Assembly: GCF_000016745.1 (NCBI RefSeq) | Contig: NC_009483.1 | Coordinates: 1,470,001 to 1,502,000, forward strand | DNA length: 32,000 nucleotides | Source of the DNA: Geotalea uraniireducens Rf4 | GTDB taxonomy: Bacteria > Desulfobacterota > Desulfuromonadia > Geobacterales > Geobacteraceae | Reading direction: 5' to 3' | Shown: piece after piece, positions 22,243 to 30,343 of the stretch | Numbering within the stretch: position 1 is the stretch's first letter | How the letters are laid out: each line of letters begins with the position of its first letter | Made by a program: the position numbers and the translations under genes | The notes under the pieces: model-generated | What the model was told of the DNA's origin: nothing | Database searches by the model: none | Seen by the model: the letters and a program-made list of their open reading frames with translations, nothing else

Positions 22243-22527
22243 ATGCCTGTCAATCTTGCGGAAGATATCCGCTCTGTCACCGACTTGAAGCGCAACACGC
22301 GGGAAATTCTCGACCAGATACACAAAACCGGAAGGCCGGTGATTCTCACGGTCAACGGCAGAGCCGACTCGGTGATTTTGGACGCCAAGGTGTTTGAAAA
22401 GTACCAGAAGGCAGCCAATATGGCGAAGATGCTGGCTCCAGCTGAAGAACAAGTGGCCGGCGGGAAAACAAGACCAATGAAGGAATTTCTGAAAGAATTC
22501 AAAAATGACCGCAAAATTTCAGGTTGA
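22243..22527 (+). CDS. Phd/YefM-family antitoxin
   Basis: SVTDLKRNTREILDQIHKTGRPVILTVNGRADSVILDAKVFE is the Phd/YefM N-terminal fold pattern. Start at ATG 22243, with AAAGGAG upstream; the ORF-track start is 22210. Confidence 0.8.
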   Translation: MPVNLAEDIRSVTDLKRNTREILDQIHKTGRPVILTVNGRADSVILDAKVFEKYQKAANMAKMLAPAEEQVAGGKTRPMKEFLKEFKNDRKISG

Positions 22528-22810
22528 AATAACACCGATAGCGGAAGCGGACATTGAGGATATCTGGACATTCATCGCTGAAGACAGTCCTGAAGCTGCC
22601 ACTGCATTCATTCTGGAGCTGGAAAGCCAGCTGACAACCCTGGAATCATTTCCGGAAAGGTGCCCGCTGGTCCCGGAGAATGAGATCCTGAGCACCCGCT
22701 TTCGTCATCTTATCTATGGCAACTATCGCACCATTTTTCGCATTGCCGGCAGGACGGTCTATGTCCTCCGGGTCATTCACGGGTCGCGGTTGCTGGAGCT
22801 TTTTGAGTGA
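22505..22810 (+). CDS. RelE/ParE-family toxin
   Basis: EADIEDIWTFIAEDSPEAATAFILELESQLTTLESFPERCP...YGNYRTIFRIAGRTVYVLRVIHGSR is the ParE-type pattern. It overlaps the antitoxin gene by 23 nt. Confidence 0.85.
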   Translation: MTAKFQVEITPIAEADIEDIWTFIAEDSPEAATAFILELESQLTTLESFPERCPLVPENEILSTRFRHLIYGNYRTIFRIAGRTVYVLRVIHGSRLLELFE

Positions 22811-22856
22811 TGGGATGAGACCTTGTTTTCTGTGATGAAAATTGGAGGTAACATAA

Positions 22857-24275
22857 ATGCCTGATGAAATATTCGACCTGATCGTTATCGGCGCCGGTCC
22901 CGGCGGTTACGTGGCGGCCATCCGCGCTGCCCAGCTGGGGATGCGGGTGGCTGTGGTGGAGCGGAGCGAGCGGCTTGGCGGGGTCTGTCTCAACGAGGGG
23001 TGCATCCCGAGCAAGGCGCTCCTCGACTCCAGCGAGCTGTTTGTCCTGGCCCGTGACAGATTTTCGCTGCACGGCATCGACATCGACCCGCCGAAGCTGA
23101 ACCTGGCGCGGATGATGGCACGCAAGGACGATGTGGTGAAAAAGCTCACCGACGGCGTTGCCTTTCTCTTCAAGAAGAACAAGATCACCCGTTTTCAGGG
23201 GACTGCCAGGCTGGCGGGAAAAAGCGGCGACGATCACCGGATCGAGGTGCGAGGCACGGGGAACAAGGAAAACCAAATCTTGACCTCCAAGCGAATGCTT
23301 TTGGCCACCGGCAGCCAGGCGATGGAGGTTCCGGCGTTTCCCTTCGACGGCGAAACCGTGGTCAGCGCCCGTGACGCCCTCTCCTTCAGCTCCGTGCCCG
23401 AGCATCTGCTCGTTGTCGGCGGCGGATACATCGGCCTGGAGCTCGGTTCGGTCTGGCTGCGGCTCGGGAGCAAGGTCACCGTGGTGGAGATGCTGCCTAA
23501 GATCCTCCCCAATACCGACCGGCAGGTCGCTGATGCGCTGATGCGCTCCCTGAAGAAACAGGGAATGACCTTTCTCCTGGAAACAAAGGTTTCCTCCCTG
23601 GAAAAGCGGGACGGCAAGGCTCATGTGCAGATCAATAGCGGCGATAAGGCTGAAGAGATCGTCTGCGACAGGGTCCTTGTTGCCGTGGGGAGGAGGCCTC
23701 TTTCGGCTGATCTCGGACTGGAAGAAACGGGGATTGTAGTTGACGGGGAGGGGAGAATCACGGTGAACGAGGATTACGCCACTTCCGTTGCGGGTGTATA
23801 CGCGATCGGCGACCTGGTCCACGGCCCTATGCTGGCTCACAAGGCGATGACGGAAGGGGAGGTCTTTGCCGAAAGACTTTTGGGTCAGGCATCGGTGGTT
23901 GATTATGAGTTCATTCCCGGTATCATATATACGTGGCCTGAGGCGGCCTCGGTGGGGAAAACCGAGGAACAGCTCCAGGCCGAAAATATTCCCTATGCCG
24001 CAGGGCGGTTCAATTTCATGGCGAACGGCCGGGCGCGCTGCATGGACGAGACCGACGGGTTCGTCAAGGTCCTGGCCCACAAGGAGACCGGGCGGGTGCT
24101 GGGGGTCCACATCATCGGCCCGCGCGCCTCGGACATGATCGCCGAAGCGGTGACGGTCATGACCTACGGCGGCAGTGCCCAGGATATCGCCATGACCTTC
24201 CATGCCCACCCGACGTTGTCTGAAGCCATGAAGGAGGCGGCGCTGGATGTGGAGAAGCGGGCGATCCACTCGTGA
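22857..24275 (+). CDS. lpdA: Dihydrolipoyl dehydrogenase (E3)
   Basis: FAD fold DLIVIGAGPGGYVAAIRAAQLG, redox disulfide GGVCLNEGCIPSK, NAD fold LLVVGGGYIGLELG, C-terminal HAHPTLSEA. Confidence 0.95.
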   Translation: MPDEIFDLIVIGAGPGGYVAAIRAAQLGMRVAVVERSERLGGVCLNEGCIPSKALLDSSELFVLARDRFSLHGIDIDPPKLNLARMMARKDDVVKKLTDGVAFLFKKNKITRFQGTARLAGKSGDDHRIEVRGTGNKENQILTSKRMLLATGSQAMEVPAFPFDGETVVSARDALSFSSVPEHLLVVGGGYIGLELGSVWLRLGSKVTVVEMLPKILPNTDRQVADALMRSLKKQGMTFLLETKVSSLEKRDGKAHVQINSGDKAEEIVCDRVLVAVGRRPLSADLGLEETGIVVDGEGRITVNEDYATSVAGVYAIGDLVHGPMLAHKAMTEGEVFAERLLGQASVVDYEFIPGIIYTWPEAASVGKTEEQLQAENIPYAAGRFNFMANGRARCMDETDGFVKVLAHKETGRVLGVHIIGPRASDMIAEAVTVMTYGGSAQDIAMTFHAHPTLSEAMKEAALDVEKRAIHS

Positions 24276-24396
24276 ATTCACGCTGAAAAACGCCCATCTG
24301 CGGCGTTGGTTTCGTCACTGCGCTGCTCACATACTGGCGTATGCTCCGCTGCTCGTTCCTCACCGCCTTGCATCTGGGCATTTTTGAGCGTGAATT
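24275..24396. mobile_element. MITE-like element with imperfect terminal inverted repeats of about 31 nt
   Basis: Left end AATTCACGCTGAAAAACGCCCATCTGCGGCG (24275-24305). The rc of the right end (24364-24396) is AATTCACGCTCAAAAATGCCCAGATGCAAGGCG. There is no ORF inside. The left end abuts and overlaps the lpdA TGA within the palindrome CGTGAATTCACG. Confidence 0.6.
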
Positions 24397-24434
24397 GAAA
24401 AGGTTTTCAGAAAAAGATTATGGAGAGGTCGATC

Positions 24435-26369
24435 ATGGCTAAGAATCTAGCGACTAAAATTCTGGAAGCGCACCTGGTGGAAGGCGAACTGATCCCGGGT
24501 AAGGAGATCGCCATCAGGATCGACCATACCCTCTTGCAGGACGCCACCGGCACCATGGCCTTTCTCGAGTTCATGGCCATGGGGGTCGAGCGGGTCAAGG
24601 TCGAGCTGGCGGCCCAGTATATCGACCATAACCTCCTCCAGACGGACAACAAGAACGCTGACGATCACGTCTTCCTCATGACCGCGGCGCAGAAGTTCGG
24701 CATTCACCTTTCAAAACCGGGCAACGGCGTTTCACACCAGGTCCACCTGGAGCGCTTCGGCGTGCCGGGAAAGGTGATGCTCGGGGCAGACTCCCATACC
24801 CCGACCGCTGCCGGCCTCGCCATGCTGGCCATCGGCGCCGGCGGCATGGACGTGGCGCTTGCCATGGCAGGACACCCTTTTCACCTCCCCTGCCCGCGGA
24901 TCATGGGGGTGAAGCTTACGGGCCAGCTTCAGCCGTGGGTTTCCGGCAAAGACGTGATCCTGGAGATGCTGCGCCGTCACACGGTAAAGGGTGGCGTCGG
25001 CAAGATCATCGAATATTACGGCCCCGGCGTGGCGACCCTGTCGGTTACGGACCGGGGGACCATCGGCAATATGGGGGCGGAACTGGGGGCAACCACCTCC
25101 CTGTTTCCCTCCGACCACCGCACAAAAGAGTTCCTGGAGTCCCAAGGCCGCGGCGAGAGCTGGCAACCCCTTGCAGCAGACCCCGATGCCGTCTACGACG
25201 ACTATGACGAGATCGATCTGTCCGCCGTGGAACCGCTTATCGCCTGTCCTTCATCGCCGGACAACGTGGTGCGGGTCAAGGACATAGAGGGGATCAAGGT
25301 CGACCAGGTCATCGTCGGCAGCTCGGTCAATTCCTCGTTCCGCGATCTGATGACCGTCTGCCGCATCCTTGACGGCAGGCGGATTGCACCCAACCTCTCC
25401 TTCAACATCAATCCCGGCAGCCGCCAGGTGCTGGAGAACGTGGCGGCCCAGAGCGGTTTCATGTCGCTGCTTATGGCTGGGGCGCAGATCCATCAGCCGG
25501 GCTGCCTCGGTTGCATCGGCATGGGACAGGCGCCGGGGACAAACCAGGTCAGCCTGCGCACCTTCCCGCGCAATTTCCCCGGTCGGAGCGGCACCAGGGA
25601 CGACAAGGTTTACCTCTGTTCGCCGGAAACTGCTGCCGCTGCCGGCATCAACGGGGTCATCACCGACCCGCGCAAGCTCGGCGAATTGATGCCGTGGCCC
25701 AACATCCAGAACCCCGAAAAATACCTCATCGACGACTCCAGCATCATCTACCCCCTTACGGACACGGGCGGTGTGGAGATTATCACCGGCCCGAACATCG
25801 TGCCGTTCCCCGAGTTCGAGGCGCTGCCCGAGGAGCTGACGGCGGAGGTGGTGATCAAGGTGGGGGACAACATTTCCACCGACACCATCATGCCGGCGGG
25901 GAACAAGGTGCTGCCGTTCAGGAGCAACATCCCGGCCATCAGCCAGTTCGTTTTCGGGCAGATTGATACTGAATTTCCGCAGCGGGCCCAGGCGACCGGG
26001 AACGGCGTGGTGGTGGGAGGCGAGAACTACGGCCAGGGCTCAAGCCGCGAGCATGCCGCCCTGGCGCCGCGCTATCTGGGCATCCGCGTCAAGCTGGCGA
26101 AGAGTTTCGCCCGCATTCACAAGGCGAACCTGATCAATTTCGGCATCCTGCCGCTTACCTTCAAAGACCCGGCGGATTACGACCTCCTCAAGCAAGGTGA
26201 TAAGATGGAATTTAAAGGGTTGCGCAAACTGGTGGAAGCCGGCGCAACGGAAATTCCGGTCAAGGTGGACGGGCGGGAAATCGCGACCCTGTTGCAGGTG
26301 TCCGAGCGGGAGAGGAAGGATCTCCTGGCTGGGGGGACGCTGAATTACGTGAAACAAGGTAGCGTGTAG
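24435..26369 (+). CDS. Aconitate hydratase (short, about 645 aa, Aquifex-type aconitase)
   Basis: IDHTLLQDATG, GADSHTPTAAG, three Fe-S ligand regions (CLGCIGMG), and a swivel domain GENYGQGSSREHAALAPRYLG. Start at ATG 24435, with GGAGAGG upstream. Confidence 0.9.
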   Translation: MAKNLATKILEAHLVEGELIPGKEIAIRIDHTLLQDATGTMAFLEFMAMGVERVKVELAAQYIDHNLLQTDNKNADDHVFLMTAAQKFGIHLSKPGNGVSHQVHLERFGVPGKVMLGADSHTPTAAGLAMLAIGAGGMDVALAMAGHPFHLPCPRIMGVKLTGQLQPWVSGKDVILEMLRRHTVKGGVGKIIEYYGPGVATLSVTDRGTIGNMGAELGATTSLFPSDHRTKEFLESQGRGESWQPLAADPDAVYDDYDEIDLSAVEPLIACPSSPDNVVRVKDIEGIKVDQVIVGSSVNSSFRDLMTVCRILDGRRIAPNLSFNINPGSRQVLENVAAQSGFMSLLMAGAQIHQPGCLGCIGMGQAPGTNQVSLRTFPRNFPGRSGTRDDKVYLCSPETAAAAGINGVITDPRKLGELMPWPNIQNPEKYLIDDSSIIYPLTDTGGVEIITGPNIVPFPEFEALPEELTAEVVIKVGDNISTDTIMPAGNKVLPFRSNIPAISQFVFGQIDTEFPQRAQATGNGVVVGGENYGQGSSREHAALAPRYLGIRVKLAKSFARIHKANLINFGILPLTFKDPADYDLLKQGDKMEFKGLRKLVEAGATEIPVKVDGREIATLLQVSERERKDLLAGGTLNYVKQGSV

Positions 26370-26488
26370 GGGCGCCTGCTTCCGGCAATGGTTTTGATTC
26401 TGTAGGGGCGACGCCGTTGGCTCGCCCAGTTGCTATAGGCAGCAATGGCGGATATTGCACCAGGGCGACCCACCGGGTGCGCCCCTAC
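26366..26488. repeat. Cluster of three GTAGGGGC-hairpin units
   Basis: GTAGGGGCGCCTGCTTCCGGC (26366, +, weak hairpin). GTAGGGGCGACGCCGTTGGCTCGCCC (26402-26427, +). GGGCGACCCACCGGGTGCGCCCCTAC (26463-26488, rc orientation). The TAG at 26367-26369 is the aconitase stop codon. Confidence 0.85.
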
Positions 26489-26549
26489 TTTCTGTCATTG
26501 GCGGAAGATCAGAACTAATCAGGATGGATTTTGATTAGACGAGGAATGT

Positions 26550-27527
26550 ATGGACACCAAACTCCGGGCGATTCTGCCCGACCATGACTTATTGAAGATG
26601 TACGAACAGATGGTCCTCTGCCGTGAGTTCGAGGAATCGTGCGCCGAGCAGTACACCAAAGGGCACATAACCGGATTCCTCCATTTGTACAGCGGCCAGG
26701 AGGCGGTGGCGGTCGGCTCGACCCGTGCGCTGCACAAGGACGATTACATCCTCTCCGCCTATCGTGAACATGCCCAGGCCATCGTCCGCGGGGCGGAGCC
26801 GAAGAGGGTCATGGCCGAGCTGTTCGGCAAGGCCACCGGTCTCTGCAAGGGGAAGGGGGGTTCCATGCATCTCTTCGACCCGGACCTTTCATTCATGGGG
26901 GGGTACGCCATCGTCGGCGGTCAGTTCCCCATCGCCGTAGGGCTTGCCTTTGCCGCCAAGTTTCGCCAGGAGGGGCGGATAGCTGCCTGCTTCTTCGGCG
27001 ACGGGGCGGTGAATCAGGGGAACTTTCACGAGGGGCTCAACTGGGCAAGGTTGTGGGAACTGCCGGTCCTCTTCGTCTGCGAAAACAACCTGTACGGCAT
27101 TGGCACCGAGGTGCACCGTTCGTCGGCCCTGGCCGATATCCACAAGCGGACCTGCGGTTACGAGGTGCCGTCGACGCAGGTGGACGGCATGGACGTCATG
27201 GCCGTTTACCAGGCGATCAAATATGCCGCCGAATGGGTCCGGGAGCATAACAGCGCATACCTGGTCGAGGCCATGACCTACCGCTTCCGCGGCCATTCCA
27301 TGGCCGACCCCGGCAAGTATCGCAGCGCAGCAGAACTGGAACTCTGGAAGAGCCGCGACCCGCTCCCCAATTTCGGCAAACGTCTCATCGAAGAGGAGAT
27401 TGCCGGCCAGACGCAGCTCGATGCCATCCGCAAGGAGGCGGTTGCCGTTGTCCAGGAGGCGGTGCGGTTCGCCGAGGAATCGCCATGGCCGGAGGATGCC
27501 GAGGTCTATAACGATATTTACGTGTGA
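26550..27527 (+). CDS. pdhA: TPP-dependent 2-oxoacid dehydrogenase E1 alpha subunit, pyruvate-dehydrogenase type
   Basis: GFLHLYSGQEAVAVG, YREH, GKGGSMHLF, GDGAVNQG and YRFRGHSMADPGKYR match heterotetrameric PDH E1alpha motifs. Substrate (pyruvate versus acetoin or branched-chain) is not provable from sequence alone. Confidence 0.88.
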   Translation: MDTKLRAILPDHDLLKMYEQMVLCREFEESCAEQYTKGHITGFLHLYSGQEAVAVGSTRALHKDDYILSAYREHAQAIVRGAEPKRVMAELFGKATGLCKGKGGSMHLFDPDLSFMGGYAIVGGQFPIAVGLAFAAKFRQEGRIAACFFGDGAVNQGNFHEGLNWARLWELPVLFVCENNLYGIGTEVHRSSALADIHKRTCGYEVPSTQVDGMDVMAVYQAIKYAAEWVREHNSAYLVEAMTYRFRGHSMADPGKYRSAAELELWKSRDPLPNFGKRLIEEEIAGQTQLDAIRKEAVAVVQEAVRFAEESPWPEDAEVYNDIYV

Positions 27528-27533
27528 AAAACC

Positions 27534-27751
27534 TTGAACCGCCCGCTTCCTTCGGTCGCTTAAGACGCAAAGGACGCAAAGAAAGATTTAAAAGCGTAAA
27601 AGCCAAAATCATCTCTCGCAAAGGACCCAAAGGGCCTAAACCGCAAAGACGCAAAGGAAAAGCCCTGGGATTTGAACCAAACAAAAGATTTTGTTTTCGA
27701 TTTTCTTCGCGACCTTTGCGTTTTAGTCCCTTTGGGTCCTTTGCGGTTCAA
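27534..27751. repeat. Word-built palindromic element B (CGCAAAG words)
   Basis: CGCAAAG at 27566, 27575, 27617, 27642 and 27650; CTTTGCG at 27714 and 27739. Arm 27617-27656 is complementary to 27709-27745, with only about three mismatches over its roughly 35 paired nt. The outer clamp is TTGAACCGC (27534-27542) / GCGGTTCAA (27743-27751). Confidence 0.9.
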
Positions 27752-27780
27752 TGGTTCACATAGATTCTGGAGGTTTAATA

Positions 27781-28767
27781 ATGCCGGAAATAACGTATAG
27801 AGATGCACTCAATCTGGCTCTGAAGGAGGAGATGCGTCGCGATCCATCTGTGGTCACCTGGGGGGAGGATGTGGCCTTTTACGAGGGGTCGTTCAAGGTG
27901 ACCCGCGGTCTGTTGGCAGAGTTCGGCGAGGGGCGGGTCAAGGACACGCCTATCTCGGAAAACACCATCGTCGGTGTGGCCATCGGCGCAGCCATGGGGG
28001 GGCTGAGACCGGTGGCGGAGCTGATGACGGTCAACTTCGCCCTTCTTGCCATGGACCAGATCATCAATCACATGACCAAGATCCGCTACATGTTCGGCGG
28101 CCAAGTGAACCTGCCGATGGTGATCCGGGCGCCGGGCGGCGGGGGGAGCCAGTTGGCGGCCCAGCACTCCCAGTCGCTCGAAACCTTCTTCATGCATGCG
28201 CCGGGGATGTACGTGGCGGTGCCGGCCACCCCGGCCGATGCCAAAGGGCTTTTGAAGAGCGCCATCCGCGACAACAACCCGGTCATGTTCCTGGAGCACG
28301 AACTCCTGTACAACAGCAAGGGGGAGGTTTCCGACGACCCTGAACTCCTCGTCCCCTTCGGTAAATGCGAAATCAAGCGGCCGGGGAAGGATGTCACCAT
28401 CGTCGCCTATTCGCGCATGACCATCCTGGCACTGGCTGCGGCGGAAGAGCTTGCCAAGGAAAACATCGCCTGCGAGGTGGTCGATCTGCGCACCCTGGCG
28501 CCGCTCGATACGGAGACTTTTGTCCAGTCGGTGAAAAAGACCGGCCGTGCCGTGGTGGTGGAGGAGTGCTGGCGGACCTGCGGCCTGGGGGCTGAGATCG
28601 CCACCCGCATCTACGACCACTGCTTCGACTCCTTGCTCTCGCCGGTGCAGCGGGTTTCCGGGCTGGATGTGCCGATGCCCTATTCGCGCAAGCTGGAGAA
28701 ACTCTGCATTCCCCAGGTGGAGGACATCATCGGAGCGGTGAAGGAAGTTTTAAGTGAAAAATATTAA
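27781..28767 (+). CDS. pdhB: 2-oxoacid dehydrogenase E1 beta subunit, pyruvate-dehydrogenase type
   Basis: ITYRDALNLALKEEMRRD, GEDVAFYEGSFKVTRGL, DTPISENTIVG and PGGGGSQLAAQHSQS are typical E1beta blocks. Start at ATG 27781, with GGAGG upstream; the ORF-track start is 27751. Confidence 0.92.
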   Translation: MPEITYRDALNLALKEEMRRDPSVVTWGEDVAFYEGSFKVTRGLLAEFGEGRVKDTPISENTIVGVAIGAAMGGLRPVAELMTVNFALLAMDQIINHMTKIRYMFGGQVNLPMVIRAPGGGGSQLAAQHSQSLETFFMHAPGMYVAVPATPADAKGLLKSAIRDNNPVMFLEHELLYNSKGEVSDDPELLVPFGKCEIKRPGKDVTIVAYSRMTILALAAAEELAKENIACEVVDLRTLAPLDTETFVQSVKKTGRAVVVEECWRTCGLGAEIATRIYDHCFDSLLSPVQRVSGLDVPMPYSRKLEKLCIPQVEDIIGAVKEVLSEKY

Positions 28768-28773
28768 TACAGA

Positions 28774-29056
28774 TTTTGCCACAGAGCCACAGAGACACGG
28801 AGGAAAGGCGCAATCTGAGGCCGTTGAACCGCAAATAACGCCTAAAACGCCAGGGACGCGAAGAAAGGCAAAACAAAATTCAAAACCTGATGGGACGCAG
28901 AAAAATCGGAAAAGGCCGATAAAACTTAAAACCAGAACCCCAAAATTACTTTTTAAGGTTTTAAAATCCGCTTTTTCTGATTTTTCCGCCTTTTCTGCGT
29001 TCTATTGGTTTAAGGTGTTCTCCGTGCCTCTGTGTCTCTGTGTCTCTGTGGCAGAA
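28774..29056. repeat. Word-built palindromic element C (CAC[A/G]GAG words, 8-nt phasing)
   Basis: Left arm: CCACAGAG 28779, CCACAGAG 28787, ACACGGAG 28795. Right arm: CTCCGTGC 29020, CTCTGTGT 29028 and 29036, CTCTGTGG 29044. The inner stem is ACGCAGAAAA (28895-28904) / TTTTCTGCGT (28991-29000). Confidence 0.9.
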
Positions 29057-29069
29057 GTGAGGTTTAGAA

Positions 29070-30329
29070 ATGTCTACTGAAATCACCATGCCGAAGCTTT
29101 CCGACACCATGACCGAAGGGCGGCTCATCGCCTGGAAGAAGTCGGTTGGCGATTGGGTGGAGCGGGGCGACATCATTGCCGAGGTGGAAACCGACAAGGC
29201 GAACATGGAGCTTGAGGCGTTCAGCGCCGGTGTGTTGCTGGAGATCCGGGTGAAGTCGGGCGAAATGGTGCCCGTAGGTACTGTGATCGGCATTGTCGGC
29301 GATGCGGGCGAAAAGGTGGCCGAGGGGGTGGGCGCGCAACCGGCGCAGGCAGCGGCGGAAACCAGGCAACCACCCACTGCGGAGCCCTCTCCTGCTGAGG
29401 CGGCAGTCGGCGTTGTTCCAGAGCGGATCATGGAACCGCCGGAAGAGACGGCGGCAGCGGCGTCCATCGCTGAGGGGGGGGAGAAGGCTTCTCCCCTGGT
29501 GCGCCGTCTGGCACGGGAGAAAGGGATCGACCTGGCGCAGGTGACAGCCAGCGGGCCGGAAGGGAGAATCCTCCAGGAGGACCTGGAACGATACCAGGAG
29601 GCACGAGGCGCAAGGAGCGAGGAGCGAGGCGAGGGTGAAAAAGCTCTTGTTTCCGCCGGGGCAATCCAGCCCCTCTCGCGGATGCGGGCGGCGATAGCCC
29701 GGACGGTCAGTGATGCGTGGCAGAGCATTCCTCACTTCACGGTGACCGTGGCCATCGACATGGGGGAGGCTGAGAACGTTTACCGGGAGCTGAAGGGGGC
29801 CGGCGCGATGGTTTCCCTGAACGACGTCATCATCAAGGCTGCGGCCATGGTTTTACAGAAGTTTCCCCTGGCGAACGCCTCCTTTGCCGCAGACGGCATC
29901 GTTCTACACGATGAGGTGAATATCGGCTTTGCCGTCAGCCTGGACGACGGCCTGCTGGTGCCGGTCATCAAGGGATGCGGGGGGCTTTCCCTCATGGAGA
30001 TCGCTGCCCGGAGCCGGGAGCTGATCGAACGGGCGCGCGGCGGGACCATAGCCGAGGCGGACATAAGCGGTGGCACCTTCTCCGTTTCCAACCTGGGGAT
30101 GTTCGGCGTGGAGGAATTTTCGGCGATCATCCACCCGCCGCAGGGGGCGATCCTGGCTGTCGGGGCGGTACAGGACGAGGCTGTGGTCAAGGGTGGGCAG
30201 GTAGTTGCGGCCAGGGTCATGCGGGCCACCCTTTCCGCCGACCACCGCCTCATAGACGGTGCCTATGCGGCGCGGTTCATGGCTGAACTGAAGAGGGTGC
30301 TGGAAAACCCGGTGGCGATGCTGGTTTGA
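29070..30329 (+). CDS. Dihydrolipoamide acyltransferase E2 (single lipoyl domain, PDH type)
   Basis: Lipoyl domain AEVETDKANMELEA, binding domain SPLVRRLAREKGIDLAQVTASGPEGRILQEDL, catalytic LSADHRLIDGAYAA. Confidence 0.92.
   Translation: MSTEITMPKLSDTMTEGRLIAWKKSVGDWVERGDIIAEVETDKANMELEAFSAGVLLEIRVKSGEMVPVGTVIGIVGDAGEKVAEGVGAQPAQAAAETRQPPTAEPSPAEAAVGVVPERIMEPPEETAAAASIAEGGEKASPLVRRLAREKGIDLAQVTASGPEGRILQEDLERYQEARGARSEERGEGEKALVSAGAIQPLSRMRAAIARTVSDAWQSIPHFTVTVAIDMGEAENVYRELKGAGAMVSLNDVIIKAAAMVLQKFPLANASFAADGIVLHDEVNIGFAVSLDDGLLVPVIKGCGGLSLMEIAARSRELIERARGGTIAEADISGGTFSVSNLGMFGVEEFSAIIHPPQGAILAVGAVQDEAVVKGGQVVAARVMRATLSADHRLIDGAYAARFMAELKRVLENPVAMLV
29601..29635 (+). repeat. Weak 7-nt periodic tract in the E2 linker (GAGCGAG x2 with degenerate flanks)
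   Basis: GCACGAG GCGCAAG GAGCGAG GAGCGAG GCGAGGG. Only the two central units are perfect. It encodes ARGARSEERGEG just after the subunit-binding domain. Confidence 0.4.
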
Positions 30330-30343
30330 AGATCCAAAGAGAG

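Noticed and set aside
27560-27660. GEMM/c-di-GMP-riboswitch-like strings (ACGCAAAG, GGCCTAAACC)
   Set aside because: Only short word matches are present. The surrounding P1/P2 helices and the tetraloop/receptor arrangement are absent, and the words are explained by the repeat architecture of element B.
27524-27808. Basic 79-aa (+) and 82-aa (-) ORFs (RRKGRKERFKSVKAK...)
   Set aside because: They lie entirely inside palindromic element B and both strands give mirror-image ORFs. The + ORF starts at a GTG overlapping the pdhA stop. The low-complexity composition is dictated by the CGCAAAG words.
28754-29080. 108-aa ORF (..ATEPQRHGGKA...SVPLCLCVSVAEV)
   Set aside because: It is encoded by element C and its ends are simply translations of the CACAGAG/CTCTGTG word arms. 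It also overlaps the E2 start. No SD is present.
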